From contig JBFJYH010000002.1 in the NCBI GenBank assembly GCA_041622675.1, positions 16,566-80,565 on the forward strand: a DNA stretch of 64,000 bases, written 5' to 3'. The position numbers and the translations under genes are program-made. Below, piece after piece: positions 8,688-18,126 of this stretch. Each line of letters begins with the position of its first letter. Within the stretch, counting starts at the first letter, position 1. Under the pieces are notes generated by a model that had not been told where the DNA came from, did not search any database, and was given only the letters and a program-made list of their open reading frames with translations. The DNA is from Porticoccaceae bacterium (GTDB taxonomy: Bacteria > Pseudomonadota > Gammaproteobacteria > Pseudomonadales > Porticoccaceae).

Positions 8688-10487
8688 ATGAGCGACAACA
8701 CAGTAGAAGACATCGTCATGCACGGCGCTATCAGGTTGGATTCACCCCAATTCGGGGTCATGGATCCGCTGTCTGAGGAAACTCATCCGCAGGAATACTA
8801 TGATGCCATCAAGCAACGCTTTGCCGAGGAGCGGGAAATACGCCTGAATTATCGCCCCGAAGGCGCTGCTCAATACGACACAGAGCTTCAGGGCGAATTA
8901 GCAAAATACGATGACGACCCCCACAGCGGCGAGATAACTCCGCGAGACCCGCTGACGGATACCGTTGAGTGTCTATTTATTGGCGGCGGATTCTCAGCCC
9001 TGCTGACCTCTGCCAGATTGCGAGAAGTCGGTGTCGAAAGCATCCGCATTGTCGAACGTGGTGCCGATGTCGGTGGCACTTGGTATTGGAACCGCTATCC
9101 CGGCATCGCCTGCGATGTACCCTCGTACGATTACCTACCCCTGCTCGACGAAATGAACTACGTGCCCAAACACCGCTATGCCCGGGGCGAAGAAATTTAC
9201 GCCCACTGTCAGTCCATTGCCGAGAAGTACGACCTATACAAACTGGCCGTGTTTCAAACTACCGTCACCGCCACCGTGTGGAACAAAGAAGAGCAACTAT
9301 GGCACATTAAAACCAACCGCGGCGACCACATGAAAGCGCGTTTCGTGATTTGCGCTAACGGTATTTTATCCAAACCCAAATTAACCAAAATTAAAGGCAT
9401 GAACTCCTTCAAGGGTCACTCCTTTCATACCTCGCGCTGGGATTACGACTACACAGGCGACGACCTTAGCAAACTGAAAGATAAACGCGTTGGCATTATC
9501 GGCACCGGCGCAACCGCGGTACAGGCAGTGCCGGGCTTGGGCGCCAACGCCAAAGAACTCTTCGTTTTTCAACGCACGCCCTCGTCTATCGATGTGCGCG
9601 ACGACTGGGAAACCGACCCCCAATGGGCCAAAAGCCTACCCGCCAACTGGCAAGCAAAACGACGTGAGATATCCCTCAGGCCACCCCAAATGACTCCCGA
9701 GGGCATCGCTAAAGTGAAGGCTATGCCACGAGACGAAAAAAGACGTCGCCAGGAAAATGCCAACATTGATGCGATGATGCGTATTCACCAACGAATTGAA
9801 GAAATCGTCACCGACAAAGACACTGCTGAAGCCCTTAAACCCTGGTATATGATGATGTGCAAGCGCCCCTGCTTCCACGAAGATTATCTCCCTACGTTTA
9901 ATCGTTCCAACGTCACCCTGGTCGATACCAAAGGTAAGGGCGTAACCGAAATCACCGAAACAGGTGTGATTGTTGATGGCCAGGAGTACGAACTGGACCT
10001 GCTGATTTTTGCGACGGGCTTTGAAATACAGAAAACCGGTATCTACAACCAAATTATTGGTGAAAATGGCGTCGAATTAAACGACAAATATACCGACGGC
10101 ATTCGCACATTGTTAGGCATCCACTCCAAAGGTTACCCCAATTTGTTCATCATGAACGGCTACCAGGCTTCGTTTCAATTCAATCTCACCGACATGATGC
10201 AGAGTCAGGGTGGGCACATTGCCGCCTGCATCGACTACGCCCGAAAAAATAATTATCAGGCTCTCGATGTCAAACAGGAATCGGAAGAATTCTGGGTTCA
10301 GGAGGTCATCAAATTTCGGGGTAAGACGGATCGCAACAAACAGTGCACACCCGGCTACTACAACTTTGAGGGTGCCGATAACCGCCGACAAGATGGCACC
10401 TACAACGGTGGCTTTGTGCAATATATGGCGGAAATGGACGACGTTGAACAGAACTTGGAGAAACACTTTAACTTTACCCAAAGCTAA
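8688..10487 (+). CDS. Type I Baeyer-Villiger (flavin-dependent) monooxygenase
   Basis: It has the FAD motif GGGFSAL and GGTWYWNRYPG. The BVMO fingerprint FKGHSFHTSRWD matches FxGxxxHxxxW[P/D]. A second Rossmann motif GIIGTGATA is present. Confidence 0.88.
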   Translation: MSDNTVEDIVMHGAIRLDSPQFGVMDPLSEETHPQEYYDAIKQRFAEEREIRLNYRPEGAAQYDTELQGELAKYDDDPHSGEITPRDPLTDTVECLFIGGGFSALLTSARLREVGVESIRIVERGADVGGTWYWNRYPGIACDVPSYDYLPLLDEMNYVPKHRYARGEEIYAHCQSIAEKYDLYKLAVFQTTVTATVWNKEEQLWHIKTNRGDHMKARFVICANGILSKPKLTKIKGMNSFKGHSFHTSRWDYDYTGDDLSKLKDKRVGIIGTGATAVQAVPGLGANAKELFVFQRTPSSIDVRDDWETDPQWAKSLPANWQAKRREISLRPPQMTPEGIAKVKAMPRDEKRRRQENANIDAMMRIHQRIEEIVTDKDTAEALKPWYMMMCKRPCFHEDYLPTFNRSNVTLVDTKGKGVTEITETGVIVDGQEYELDLLIFATGFEIQKTGIYNQIIGENGVELNDKYTDGIRTLLGIHSKGYPNLFIMNGYQASFQFNLTDMMQSQGGHIAACIDYARKNNYQALDVKQESEEFWVQEVIKFRGKTDRNKQCTPGYYNFEGADNRRQDGTYNGGFVQYMAEMDDVEQNLEKHFNFTQS

Positions 10488-10494
10488 ACCCTGC

Positions 10495-10529
10495 GGGCAG
10501 CGGCTTGTTATTTGTCAAAGCCGCTGCCC
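10495..10529 (+). terminator. Stem-loop after the BVMO gene
   Basis: A perfect 12-bp stem GGGCAGCGGCTT/AAGCCGCTGCCC starts 8 nt after the stop. No clear T-tract follows. Confidence 0.45.
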
Positions 10530-11108
10530 ATCCACTTCGGGAATATGCTTGACTTAAGCTAGGGCTAATTACCCACTCTCCAAGGATGGTGACTACGGGC
10601 ACGGACTAAAATTAATAAACATTCTTGGTGAGATTAATGACTGCCAAGGAGACGTTATACCTCCCTTTTACATTGTAAATTTATTAAGACTCATACTTTG
10701 CACAGGCTTCAGACAAACCTAAAATCTATGATAAAAACCAAGGTTTAAGGCCTGAAAGCACCCGTGTAAATATCTTCCCCGCTATATAGTACTCGCTTAA
10801 AATCTTCGGAAGATGTTAACCAAATAGGCACTGGGTAATGTGTTGCTTACTGAAACGGTTGCTTGCTGAAATCTAGTTATTAGCTATTTAGCGGGCTCAT
10901 TGTGGCGCAAATACACTGGTTTAGCCGCCATAATTCAGAGTCCCTATACTTTTGCCGCGACCCACATCAACATATTGACGAATGGCGTACTACTTGCTTG
11001 CTTTTTAAGCATCATCCAATGAGTCGTACAAGTTGGATCTACAACAATCAAGCACACCAAGCCGTTATTCAGGCCACATATGTCAAATTCGGCCAAGGAG
11101 AGAAACTG

Positions 11109-12548
11109 ATGAGCAAGCACTACGGCCTAATGGTTCCCGGTGCAGATACTGCGGGATCACCACTGCGTGTCTTTGCGCCCTATGACGGGCAACTACTCGC
11201 TGAGGTAGAGACCGTCGACTGGCATGGTGTCGACACGGCGCTAAGCACCGCTCAGCATTTGTTTGCAGACCGCGCCAACTGGCTCACCGCGGAACAACGC
11301 ATTCGAATATTGCAGGCTACGGCAGTTCTCATGGCGCGTGAAGCAACCCGCTTGACCGACCTTGCAACGCGAGAGGGGGGTAAACCACTGATTGACTCCC
11401 GTGTTGAAATGGCCCGTGCCATTGACGGTATAAACCTTTGTATACAGTGCATTCGCACCGCCCATGGTACGGAAATCCCCATGGGGCTCAATGCCGCATC
11501 GACAAATCGACTCGCCTTCACTCAGCACGAACCGATCGGCGTAGTGGTGGCGTTCAGTGCATTTAATCACCCTATTAACCTCATCGTGCACCAAATTGCT
11601 CCAGCCATCGCCGCCGGGTGCCCAGTTATTGTCAAACCCGCCAATGACACACCGATGTCCTGTTACGAACTGATACAACTGTTCCACGAAGCAGGCCTAC
11701 CACCCCAGTGGTGCCAAGTGCTCTCCACCACGGGACACGATGTATCTGAGGCGCTCGCCAGCGATCCCCGGGTCGGATTCTTTAGTTTCATCGGCAGTGC
11801 TGAAGTCGGCTGGATGTTGCGCTCCAAGCTCGCGCCTGGCACCCGCTGCGCACTGGAACACGGCGGTATTGCACCGGTGTTGCTCGCTGAAGACGCCGAC
11901 CTTGATGCCGCCATTCCCCTGCTCGCGAAAGGGGGCTTCTACCACGCGGGGCAGGTCTGCATATCGGTACAGCGTGTCTTCGCCCACCGCTCGATCGCCC
12001 ACACAGTAGCAACGGCGCTCGCTAAGGCAGGTGCAGGCATGACCATCGGCGACCCAACCCTGGAAAGTACCGAAATCGGCCCGATGATCCGCCACCGAGA
12101 ACTCGAAAGGGTACACCAGAGCGTAATGGAAGCGGTCGATAACGGGGCGATATTGCTGGGCGGTGGCAAGAAAATATCCACGAGTTGCTATCCGCCAACG
12201 GTGCTCTTAAACCCACCCGCAGATGCCGACGTGAGTTGTACCGAGGTGTTTGGCCCCGTCATTTGCGTCTACAGCTTTGACGATATAGACGATGCTATTC
12301 GTCGTGCCAATGCCCTCGATTTTGCATTCCAGGGCGCAGTGTTCACCCACAATATCGACACTGCGCTACACGTCTACCGACAACTTGCCGCCTCTACCGT
12401 TGTGGTTAACGATCACACCGCTTTTCGCGTTGACTGGATGCCTTTTGCCGGGTTGCGCCACTCCGGCCACGGCACGGGGGGTATTCCCCACACCTTTGCC
12501 GATATGCAAATTGAAAAAATGTTAATGATTAAATCACCCAGCCTCTAA
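11109..12548 (+). CDS. NAD(P)+-dependent aldehyde dehydrogenase
   Basis: It has the ALDH catalytic Glu region LEHGG and the Cys region GQVCISVQR. I chose the ATG at 11109, which follows AAGGAGAG. The tracked extension from 10902 is not ALDH-like. Confidence 0.85.
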   Translation: MSKHYGLMVPGADTAGSPLRVFAPYDGQLLAEVETVDWHGVDTALSTAQHLFADRANWLTAEQRIRILQATAVLMAREATRLTDLATREGGKPLIDSRVEMARAIDGINLCIQCIRTAHGTEIPMGLNAASTNRLAFTQHEPIGVVVAFSAFNHPINLIVHQIAPAIAAGCPVIVKPANDTPMSCYELIQLFHEAGLPPQWCQVLSTTGHDVSEALASDPRVGFFSFIGSAEVGWMLRSKLAPGTRCALEHGGIAPVLLAEDADLDAAIPLLAKGGFYHAGQVCISVQRVFAHRSIAHTVATALAKAGAGMTIGDPTLESTEIGPMIRHRELERVHQSVMEAVDNGAILLGGGKKISTSCYPPTVLLNPPADADVSCTEVFGPVICVYSFDDIDDAIRRANALDFAFQGAVFTHNIDTALHVYRQLAASTVVVNDHTAFRVDWMPFAGLRHSGHGTGGIPHTFADMQIEKMLMIKSPSL

Positions 12549-12691
12549 ATTCGCCGTCAAGTCAACCCCAACAACACGCATTCAACTGGCATACAAATCG
12601 CATACGCTAACAGGCAGGGGCTATAAAACAGGTCGTTTTTTATAGCTCCTGGCGGACACTTTTCCCGAAACCCATACAGGAAGTAGTCACT

Positions 12692-13816
12692 ATGAAAGCG
12701 AACGCTGCCATTCTGCACCAAACTGGCGTTTCTTCACCCTATGCAGAATCAAAACCACTGACCATCGAAGAAATTGACGTTGACCCACCCGGCCCGGGAG
12801 AAGTGCTGGTTAAAATTGCCGCCGCCGGGCTGTGTCACTCTGATTTATCGGTAATCGATGGCAGCCGACCCCGGCCCCTGCCGATGGCCCTCGGCCACGA
12901 AGCGTCTGGCATTATTGAAGACATTGGTGCAGGGGTGACACGCTTTGCCCCTGGCGATCATGTGGTAATGGTTTTTGTCCCTAGTTGCGGCGTCTGCGGT
13001 TTTTGCGCGCGCGGCCGACCCGCCCTCTGCGAGCCCGGTGCCGAGGCCAATGCCAGTGGTTCACTACTTAGCGGCAACAAGCGCATTCACCAACAGGAGC
13101 AAACGATAAACCACCATCTGGGCGTTTCAGCGTTCTCCTCCTATGCAACGCTGTCTGAACACTCTGTTATCAAAATTGACCCGAAGTTTGACTTAACCAC
13201 CGCAGCACTATTTGGTTGCGCAGTACTCACCGGTGTAGGAGCTGTGGTTAACACGGCCGATATACCGCCCGGTTCATCAGCCGCCGTTATCGGTCTGGGA
13301 GGCGTTGGCCTGTGCGCTCTATTAGGTGCGCAACTGGCTGGCGCACGACAGATTCTAGCCATCGACCTGTCTGACGAGAAGCTCGCTTTTGCCCGCGAAC
13401 TTGGCGCAACCCATACCGTCAATGCCGGAGAGGCCAATGCGGTCGAAAAAATAAAAGATTTAACCGGCGGCGGTGTTGAATACGCCTTTGAAATGGCGGG
13501 CTCAGTACCCGCCCTAGAGCTTGCTTATAGTATTACCGCCCGTGGCGGTACCACTGTCACCTCCGGCCTGCCACACCCGGACCGAAAAATTTCAATACAA
13601 GCTGTGTCCATTGTTGCCGAGGAGCGCACGCTGAAAGGCAGCTACATCGGCACCTCCGTACCCAGTGTTGACCTGCCTCGATATATGTCGCTGTATGAAC
13701 AAGGCAAATTACCGGTCGACCGCTTACTGACACACACTCTGGCTCTCGACGAAATCAACCTGGGCTTTGACCGTCTGGCATCCGGCCAGGCAATTCGCCA
13801 AGTGATTGTCCTCTAA
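12692..13816 (+). CDS. Zinc-dependent alcohol dehydrogenase
   Basis: It has GLCHSDLS, the zinc-ADH signature GHEASGIIEDIG, and a Rossmann GLGGVG. Confidence 0.88.
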   Translation: MKANAAILHQTGVSSPYAESKPLTIEEIDVDPPGPGEVLVKIAAAGLCHSDLSVIDGSRPRPLPMALGHEASGIIEDIGAGVTRFAPGDHVVMVFVPSCGVCGFCARGRPALCEPGAEANASGSLLSGNKRIHQQEQTINHHLGVSAFSSYATLSEHSVIKIDPKFDLTTAALFGCAVLTGVGAVVNTADIPPGSSAAVIGLGGVGLCALLGAQLAGARQILAIDLSDEKLAFARELGATHTVNAGEANAVEKIKDLTGGGVEYAFEMAGSVPALELAYSITARGGTTVTSGLPHPDRKISIQAVSIVAEERTLKGSYIGTSVPSVDLPRYMSLYEQGKLPVDRLLTHTLALDEINLGFDRLASGQAIRQVIVL

Positions 13817-13915
13817 GCCACCACCCTCTACTGCACCTCAGGTAGCCCTGCACTATTGCGGGGCTACGAACGTCTGTTCTCTACATTAAAGTGGATATTT
13901 CAACCTGCACCAGAC

Positions 13916-15568
13916 TCACATCCGCTTACCAATTCTACCCAGCCGTTCGGTTAATAGCGCATTCTCTCGGTAGTCGACGGGAACCACAACCAGGCTAGGG
14001 CCAGACTCATCAAGAGCCTGCGCGAGGGTTTCTTTCAGCTGTCTGCTTTGAGTGCATAAATGCCCTTGCCAGCCAAATGACTCCGCCAGTTTCAGCCAGT
14101 CAGGATTACCAAAACTAAGATCGGTATGTCGTTTAAATTCGGTATCCTGCTTCCATTCGATCAGTCCATAAGAGTTGTCTTCCCAAACCATAACCACGAT
14201 ATTACTGCACAGGCGGCGTGCGGTTTCCATCTCTTGAACATTCATCAAAAAACCGCCATCACCAACTATCGCCAAAATATGGCGATCGGGGTAAACCAAA
14301 CTACCAGCAATAGCTCCCGGCAACGCAAAACCCATTGAACAATAGCCATTGGGAATCAAGCAGGTATTGGGTTGATGGCAATGGTAGTGGCGAGCAATCC
14401 ACATTTTGTGGGCACCGACATCTGATAACACAATATCGTCAGCCCCCATGACCTCGCGCGCGTCCCAGAGAATTTTTTGCGGGCGAATACTACCGGCGGT
14501 GTCATCCTCCGCATATTCACTCAGTTCAGCGCACATTGCAGTGCGTACTTCTTGCTGCACCGAAAGATCGAAAGGCGGGTAATCACGGGTCTTAAGCAGG
14601 CGACTAAACTCCGTCAAGGTCGCCGTTAAATCGCCGACCAACTCGATCTCCGGGTGATAACACTGATCAATTTCAGCCGCCAGGAAGTCGGCGTGAACAA
14701 TGTGCTTATCGCGCTGGGCATTCCATAGGGAGGGATGATATTCGACCATATCAAAACCCAGAGTAAACACCAGATCCGCATCGTCCAAAGCCAGGTTCGA
14801 ATGATCTTTAGAGCCAAGACCCACCGTGTATAAACAATACGGGGCATCTTGATCGACGCAACCCTTGGCCATAAAGGTACTAATAACGCCAATCCCGGTT
14901 TGCTCACAAAAGTGTCTCAACGCTTCACTGGCACGCCCTCGAATACAGCCATTACCGGCAAGAATGACCGGTTTTCGGGCACGCATTAATATTTCAAAGG
15001 CCTGGCTAATAACTGCCGGTGTTGGCTGAGAGCGAAAAAAGCGTCGCGGTAGCATAGCGCGCTCATTGGCATTTTCTTTTGCGATATCCTCCGGCAACTC
15101 GATATGTACAGCCCCCGGCTTTTCCATGCGCGATAAGCGTACCGCCTTACGCACAATTTCAGGAATAGTACCAGGGTGACGAATTGAAATAGCCCACTTG
15201 GTAACCGGTTCAAACATACCGACCACATCCATTATCTGGTGAGACTCTTTGTGCATGCGCGAGGTTGAGCCCTGACCTGTCAACACCAACATCGGCACCC
15301 TGTCCATATTGGCATTGGCAACACCGGTAATTAAATTTGAAGCGCCGGGCCCAAGAGTACCGAGACAGCCCGCCGGATTACCGGTGAGACGGCCATACAC
15401 TTCGGCCATAAATGCCGCTCCCTGTTCATGGCGGGTGAGAATAAAACGAATCTTTTTACTCTCTGCCAGCGACAGCATAAAATCGGCATTTTCCTCCCCT
15501 GGCACGCCGAAAATATATTCAATTCCTTCCTCTTCAAGGCAAGCGACAAGCAGATCAGCGGCTTTCAT
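13916..15568 (-). CDS. ThDP-dependent acetolactate-synthase-like enzyme (AlsS/BudB-like large subunit)
   Basis: The N-terminal PYR domain reads GVPGEEN...RHEQGAAFMA. The ThDP motif is GDGGF...EDNSYG. I chose the ATG at 15568, which follows AAGGA. The tracked ORF starts at 15613. Confidence 0.82.
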   Translation of the reverse strand: MKAADLLVACLEEEGIEYIFGVPGEENADFMLSLAESKKIRFILTRHEQGAAFMAEVYGRLTGNPAGCLGTLGPGASNLITGVANANMDRVPMLVLTGQGSTSRMHKESHQIMDVVGMFEPVTKWAISIRHPGTIPEIVRKAVRLSRMEKPGAVHIELPEDIAKENANERAMLPRRFFRSQPTPAVISQAFEILMRARKPVILAGNGCIRGRASEALRHFCEQTGIGVISTFMAKGCVDQDAPYCLYTVGLGSKDHSNLALDDADLVFTLGFDMVEYHPSLWNAQRDKHIVHADFLAAEIDQCYHPEIELVGDLTATLTEFSRLLKTRDYPPFDLSVQQEVRTAMCAELSEYAEDDTAGSIRPQKILWDAREVMGADDIVLSDVGAHKMWIARHYHCHQPNTCLIPNGYCSMGFALPGAIAGSLVYPDRHILAIVGDGGFLMNVQEMETARRLCSNIVVMVWEDNSYGLIEWKQDTEFKRHTDLSFGNPDWLKLAESFGWQGHLCTQSRQLKETLAQALDESGPSLVVVPVDYRENALLTERLGRIGKRM

Positions 15569-15953
15569 AAATATCCTTATGTCCTTTTCCAGTAGCAACA
15601 GCACACAAGACACTGTTGCTTAAAAAGTAAAATTAGCCCACTAAATGTACTGTGAATAATTCTCACAACCGGGCCTTTTCATCAAATCGACTATTTATTT
15701 TCGATGCAAAATAGAAGCCAAAAAAAGGCAACATAAATCCCTTTGAAATTTTTACTTCGCTAAAATTTACAGATGTACTAATAAATGTACTAACTAGAAG
15801 GTGTGCTTGGCGTAAGCTAAAACACAGCGATTGCTGTCAGAGAAAAGTTAGGCGGGGTATCGAGTGTTCAACCAAGCTAAAAATACAACTTCGCTACCCA
15901 CATAACCGCACCCAAGAATTATTCAATCTACTTTAAGGCGCTACTCAATGGAG

Positions 15954-16023
15954 TCTTGGGTCTTGGGTCTTGGGTCTTGGGTCTTGGGTCTTGGGTCTTG
16001 GGTCTTGGGTCTTGGGTCTTGGG
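15954..16023. repeat. Perfect 10-copy heptanucleotide tandem repeat, (TCTTGGG)10
   Basis: I counted it directly from the sequence. It is intergenic. It lies between the terminator of the VOC gene and the upstream region of the ThDP-enzyme gene. Confidence 0.97.
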
Positions 16024-16034
16024 AGAAGGTAGCG

Positions 16035-16072
16035 CAATCACCCACAAAAGGCCCGTGTTTTGTGGGTGATTG
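16035..16072 (-). terminator. Perfect 15-bp hairpin downstream of the VOC gene
   Basis: The hairpin is CAATCACCCACAAAA-ggcccgtg-TTTTGTGGGTGATTG. It lies 8 nt beyond the minus-strand stop at 16080. Confidence 0.7.
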
Positions 16073-16079
16073 TAATAGC

Positions 16080-16445
16080 TTACATACAAATTGCGTCCAA
16101 TTTATTACCATCCAAATCTCTGAAATAACCCACATATAACCCTGGGCTACGCTCACCCGGTTCGCCTTCACAGGCACCACCGGCTGCAATTGCGGCGTTG
16201 TAGACTGCATCAACAACTTCAGGTGACTCAGCACTGAGAGCGACCATCACACCATTGCCGACAGTTGCAGGCTTACCATCAAAGGGCTTCATGACCATTA
16301 GCATAGGGCCTCTGGTTGGGCCAAGCCAAGATTTATAACGCTCCGTCTCCGGGCCCCGTTTACAACCTAATGGGGCGAGTACGGCGTCATAAAATTTAGC
16401 GGCTCTTTCAAGGTCATTGGTACCAATGGTTACGTAACTAATCAT
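16080..16445 (-). CDS. VOC (glyoxalase/bleomycin-resistance/dioxygenase) family protein
   Basis: The 121-aa product starts with MISYVTIGTNDLERAAKFYDAVL, typical of the family. Confidence 0.8.
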   Translation of the reverse strand: MISYVTIGTNDLERAAKFYDAVLAPLGCKRGPETERYKSWLGPTRGPMLMVMKPFDGKPATVGNGVMVALSAESPEVVDAVYNAAIAAGGACEGEPGERSPGLYVGYFRDLDGNKLDAICM

Positions 16446-16554
16446 TTTCGTTCTCCGTTTTTAATTAAACTTTTGTTATTAGAAATGGTTACTGACATTA
16501 ACTTTTACAGACTAATGTAACACCCTCGAGCAGCTTTGTTACAACTGATTGCAC

Positions 16555-17370
16555 CTACCGCCTGACCTGGAAATCTCTCACTAGACTTCGGGCCTGCTGT
16601 TCAATATCAGCCCATTTACGCTGTAATTGTGCAGCAAACTTCACTTCGACGGTCACATCCTTACCCTGCATAAATCGCAATAAGCAGTGGGGCATTACCT
16701 TAGGGCTGACCTGTGTCTGCGTACAAAATAGCCCACCCATGCCATCAGAGAATTCAAGATCAGAATTGGTGCTTACGTAGGTACTATACCCCTCTGGAGC
16801 TGCTTCGCGCTGTCCCCATTGCTGGGAGCGGTTTTCTAGTCCGGCAATCGTAATAACAGCCACTTTCTTGGAGGAGGCCGCTAGAAATTCATCGATATTC
16901 TCTTCACCCATCGCACTAAAATCGTCGACACTGACCTTAAGACGTGCCACTGATTGCCCGCTTTTCTGGCAATCTCGTGCATCGGCAAAATACGTACAGG
17001 GGATACTAAACAGCCAGCCGCCTATCACGATAGGTACAGGTTTAGTACTAAACGTGTGCACCAAACCGAAACCTACCCCCGGGTATTTTTTATCAGCCTT
17101 GGCATCCTCTTCAGACAGCTCTTCAGGTGGGGGGCTATTAAACATACGCGCCGCGTAAAACAGCTTTCGCAGCTGACCACTTTGCAGGCTTTCGCTACGT
17201 TCGGCTTCTTCTTCTGTTTGAAAACCACAGGTCACCAACACCCACTCAGTGCCCGCAGCAAAGACTTCAAATATTTGCTGGCGATAATGGGAATACCCGA
17301 CACCCAAGAAAAAAATTAACAAAAGCACGAAGGCCAACCAACGGAATTTGTTTTGTCGATGTTGCTTCAT
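16555..17370 (-). CDS. Hypothetical membrane-anchored protein of unrecognised family
   Basis: The 271-aa ORF has one N-terminal TM segment (WLAFVLLLIFFLGVGY). I recognise no motif in it. Confidence 0.55.
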   Translation of the reverse strand: MKQHRQNKFRWLAFVLLLIFFLGVGYSHYRQQIFEVFAAGTEWVLVTCGFQTEEEAERSESLQSGQLRKLFYAARMFNSPPPEELSEEDAKADKKYPGVGFGLVHTFSTKPVPIVIGGWLFSIPCTYFADARDCQKSGQSVARLKVSVDDFSAMGEENIDEFLAASSKKVAVITIAGLENRSQQWGQREAAPEGYSTYVSTNSDLEFSDGMGGLFCTQTQVSPKVMPHCLLRFMQGKDVTVEVKFAAQLQRKWADIEQQARSLVRDFQVRR

Positions 17371-17446
17371 CAGCGTATTATCAAACTCTAATAGTTAAAA
17401 TGACAAGCTCAGTATTCACCCCAGCCAGATAAAGTAAAACCTTCCT

Positions 17447-18076
17447 ATGAAAGCCCAAACACTTAAACGCGGATTAATCACTGTCGTATGTTCAGCCTTT
17501 ATTATCGGCGCAATAGCCCTTGTCGACTATTTAATACAACTGGGCGGTAGCGAGGGCACAGTGCCTCCAGGTACAGAGGCGCAAATTGGCGGTGACTTTT
17601 CATTGGTCAACCAATTTAACCAACCCGTAAACAATGAAAGCTATGCCGACCGCTACAAACTTATCTTTTTTGGCTTCACCCATTGCCCCGATGTCTGCCC
17701 AACGACACTTAGCCGTATGACCCAGGCACTTAATCAACTGGGGCCGCTCAATGATAAGCTCTACCCTTTATTTATCACTGTTGACCCTGAGCGTGACACA
17801 CCCCAGCGGCTGATAGAATACGCCAAAAATTTTCATCCGCGCATTATCTATTTGACGGGTTCAGGCGCTGAAATCGCTAAGGTATTACAAGCCTGGAAGG
17901 CCAACCGCGCCAAAATTGCGACACATAAGGGTGAAGCCACTGCAGACAATTACTCAATGAGCCACAGTTCGGTGCTTTACCTGATGACTCCAGACGACAG
18001 GCTGGTCGAGTCTTATAATTGGGAAATACAGCCCGACAAGATGGTCGGCTCTATTAGCGAGTGGCTAGATAAATAA
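17447..18076 (+). CDS. SCO1/SenC-family copper chaperone / thiol-disulfide oxidoreductase
   Basis: It has an N-terminal TM anchor and the FGFTHCPDVCP CxxxC motif. Confidence 0.88.
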   Translation: MKAQTLKRGLITVVCSAFIIGAIALVDYLIQLGGSEGTVPPGTEAQIGGDFSLVNQFNQPVNNESYADRYKLIFFGFTHCPDVCPTTLSRMTQALNQLGPLNDKLYPLFITVDPERDTPQRLIEYAKNFHPRIIYLTGSGAEIAKVLQAWKANRAKIATHKGEATADNYSMSHSSVLYLMTPDDRLVESYNWEIQPDKMVGSISEWLDK

Positions 18077-18126
18077 GGGGCTGTCTGACATCTTTTCTTT
18101 ATCTAAGCACTCGCTATCCAATGTTA

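Noticed and set aside
12620-12646. Hairpin GCTATAAAA/TTTTATAGC between the ALDH and ADH genes as a terminator or attenuator
   Set aside because: The stem is 9 bp and almost entirely A/T, so it is weak, and no distinct U-tract lies beyond it. It is more likely incidental within an intra-operon spacer.
15941-16234. ORFs translating the heptamer repeat (PRPKTQD repeats on the minus strand, LGSWV repeats on the plus strand), and the possibility of a CRISPR array
   Set aside because: The reading frames are artefacts of a 7-nt repeat read at 21-nt periodicity, and part of the minus ORF overlaps the real VOC gene. The repeats are contiguous with no spacers and no cas genes, so this is not a CRISPR array.
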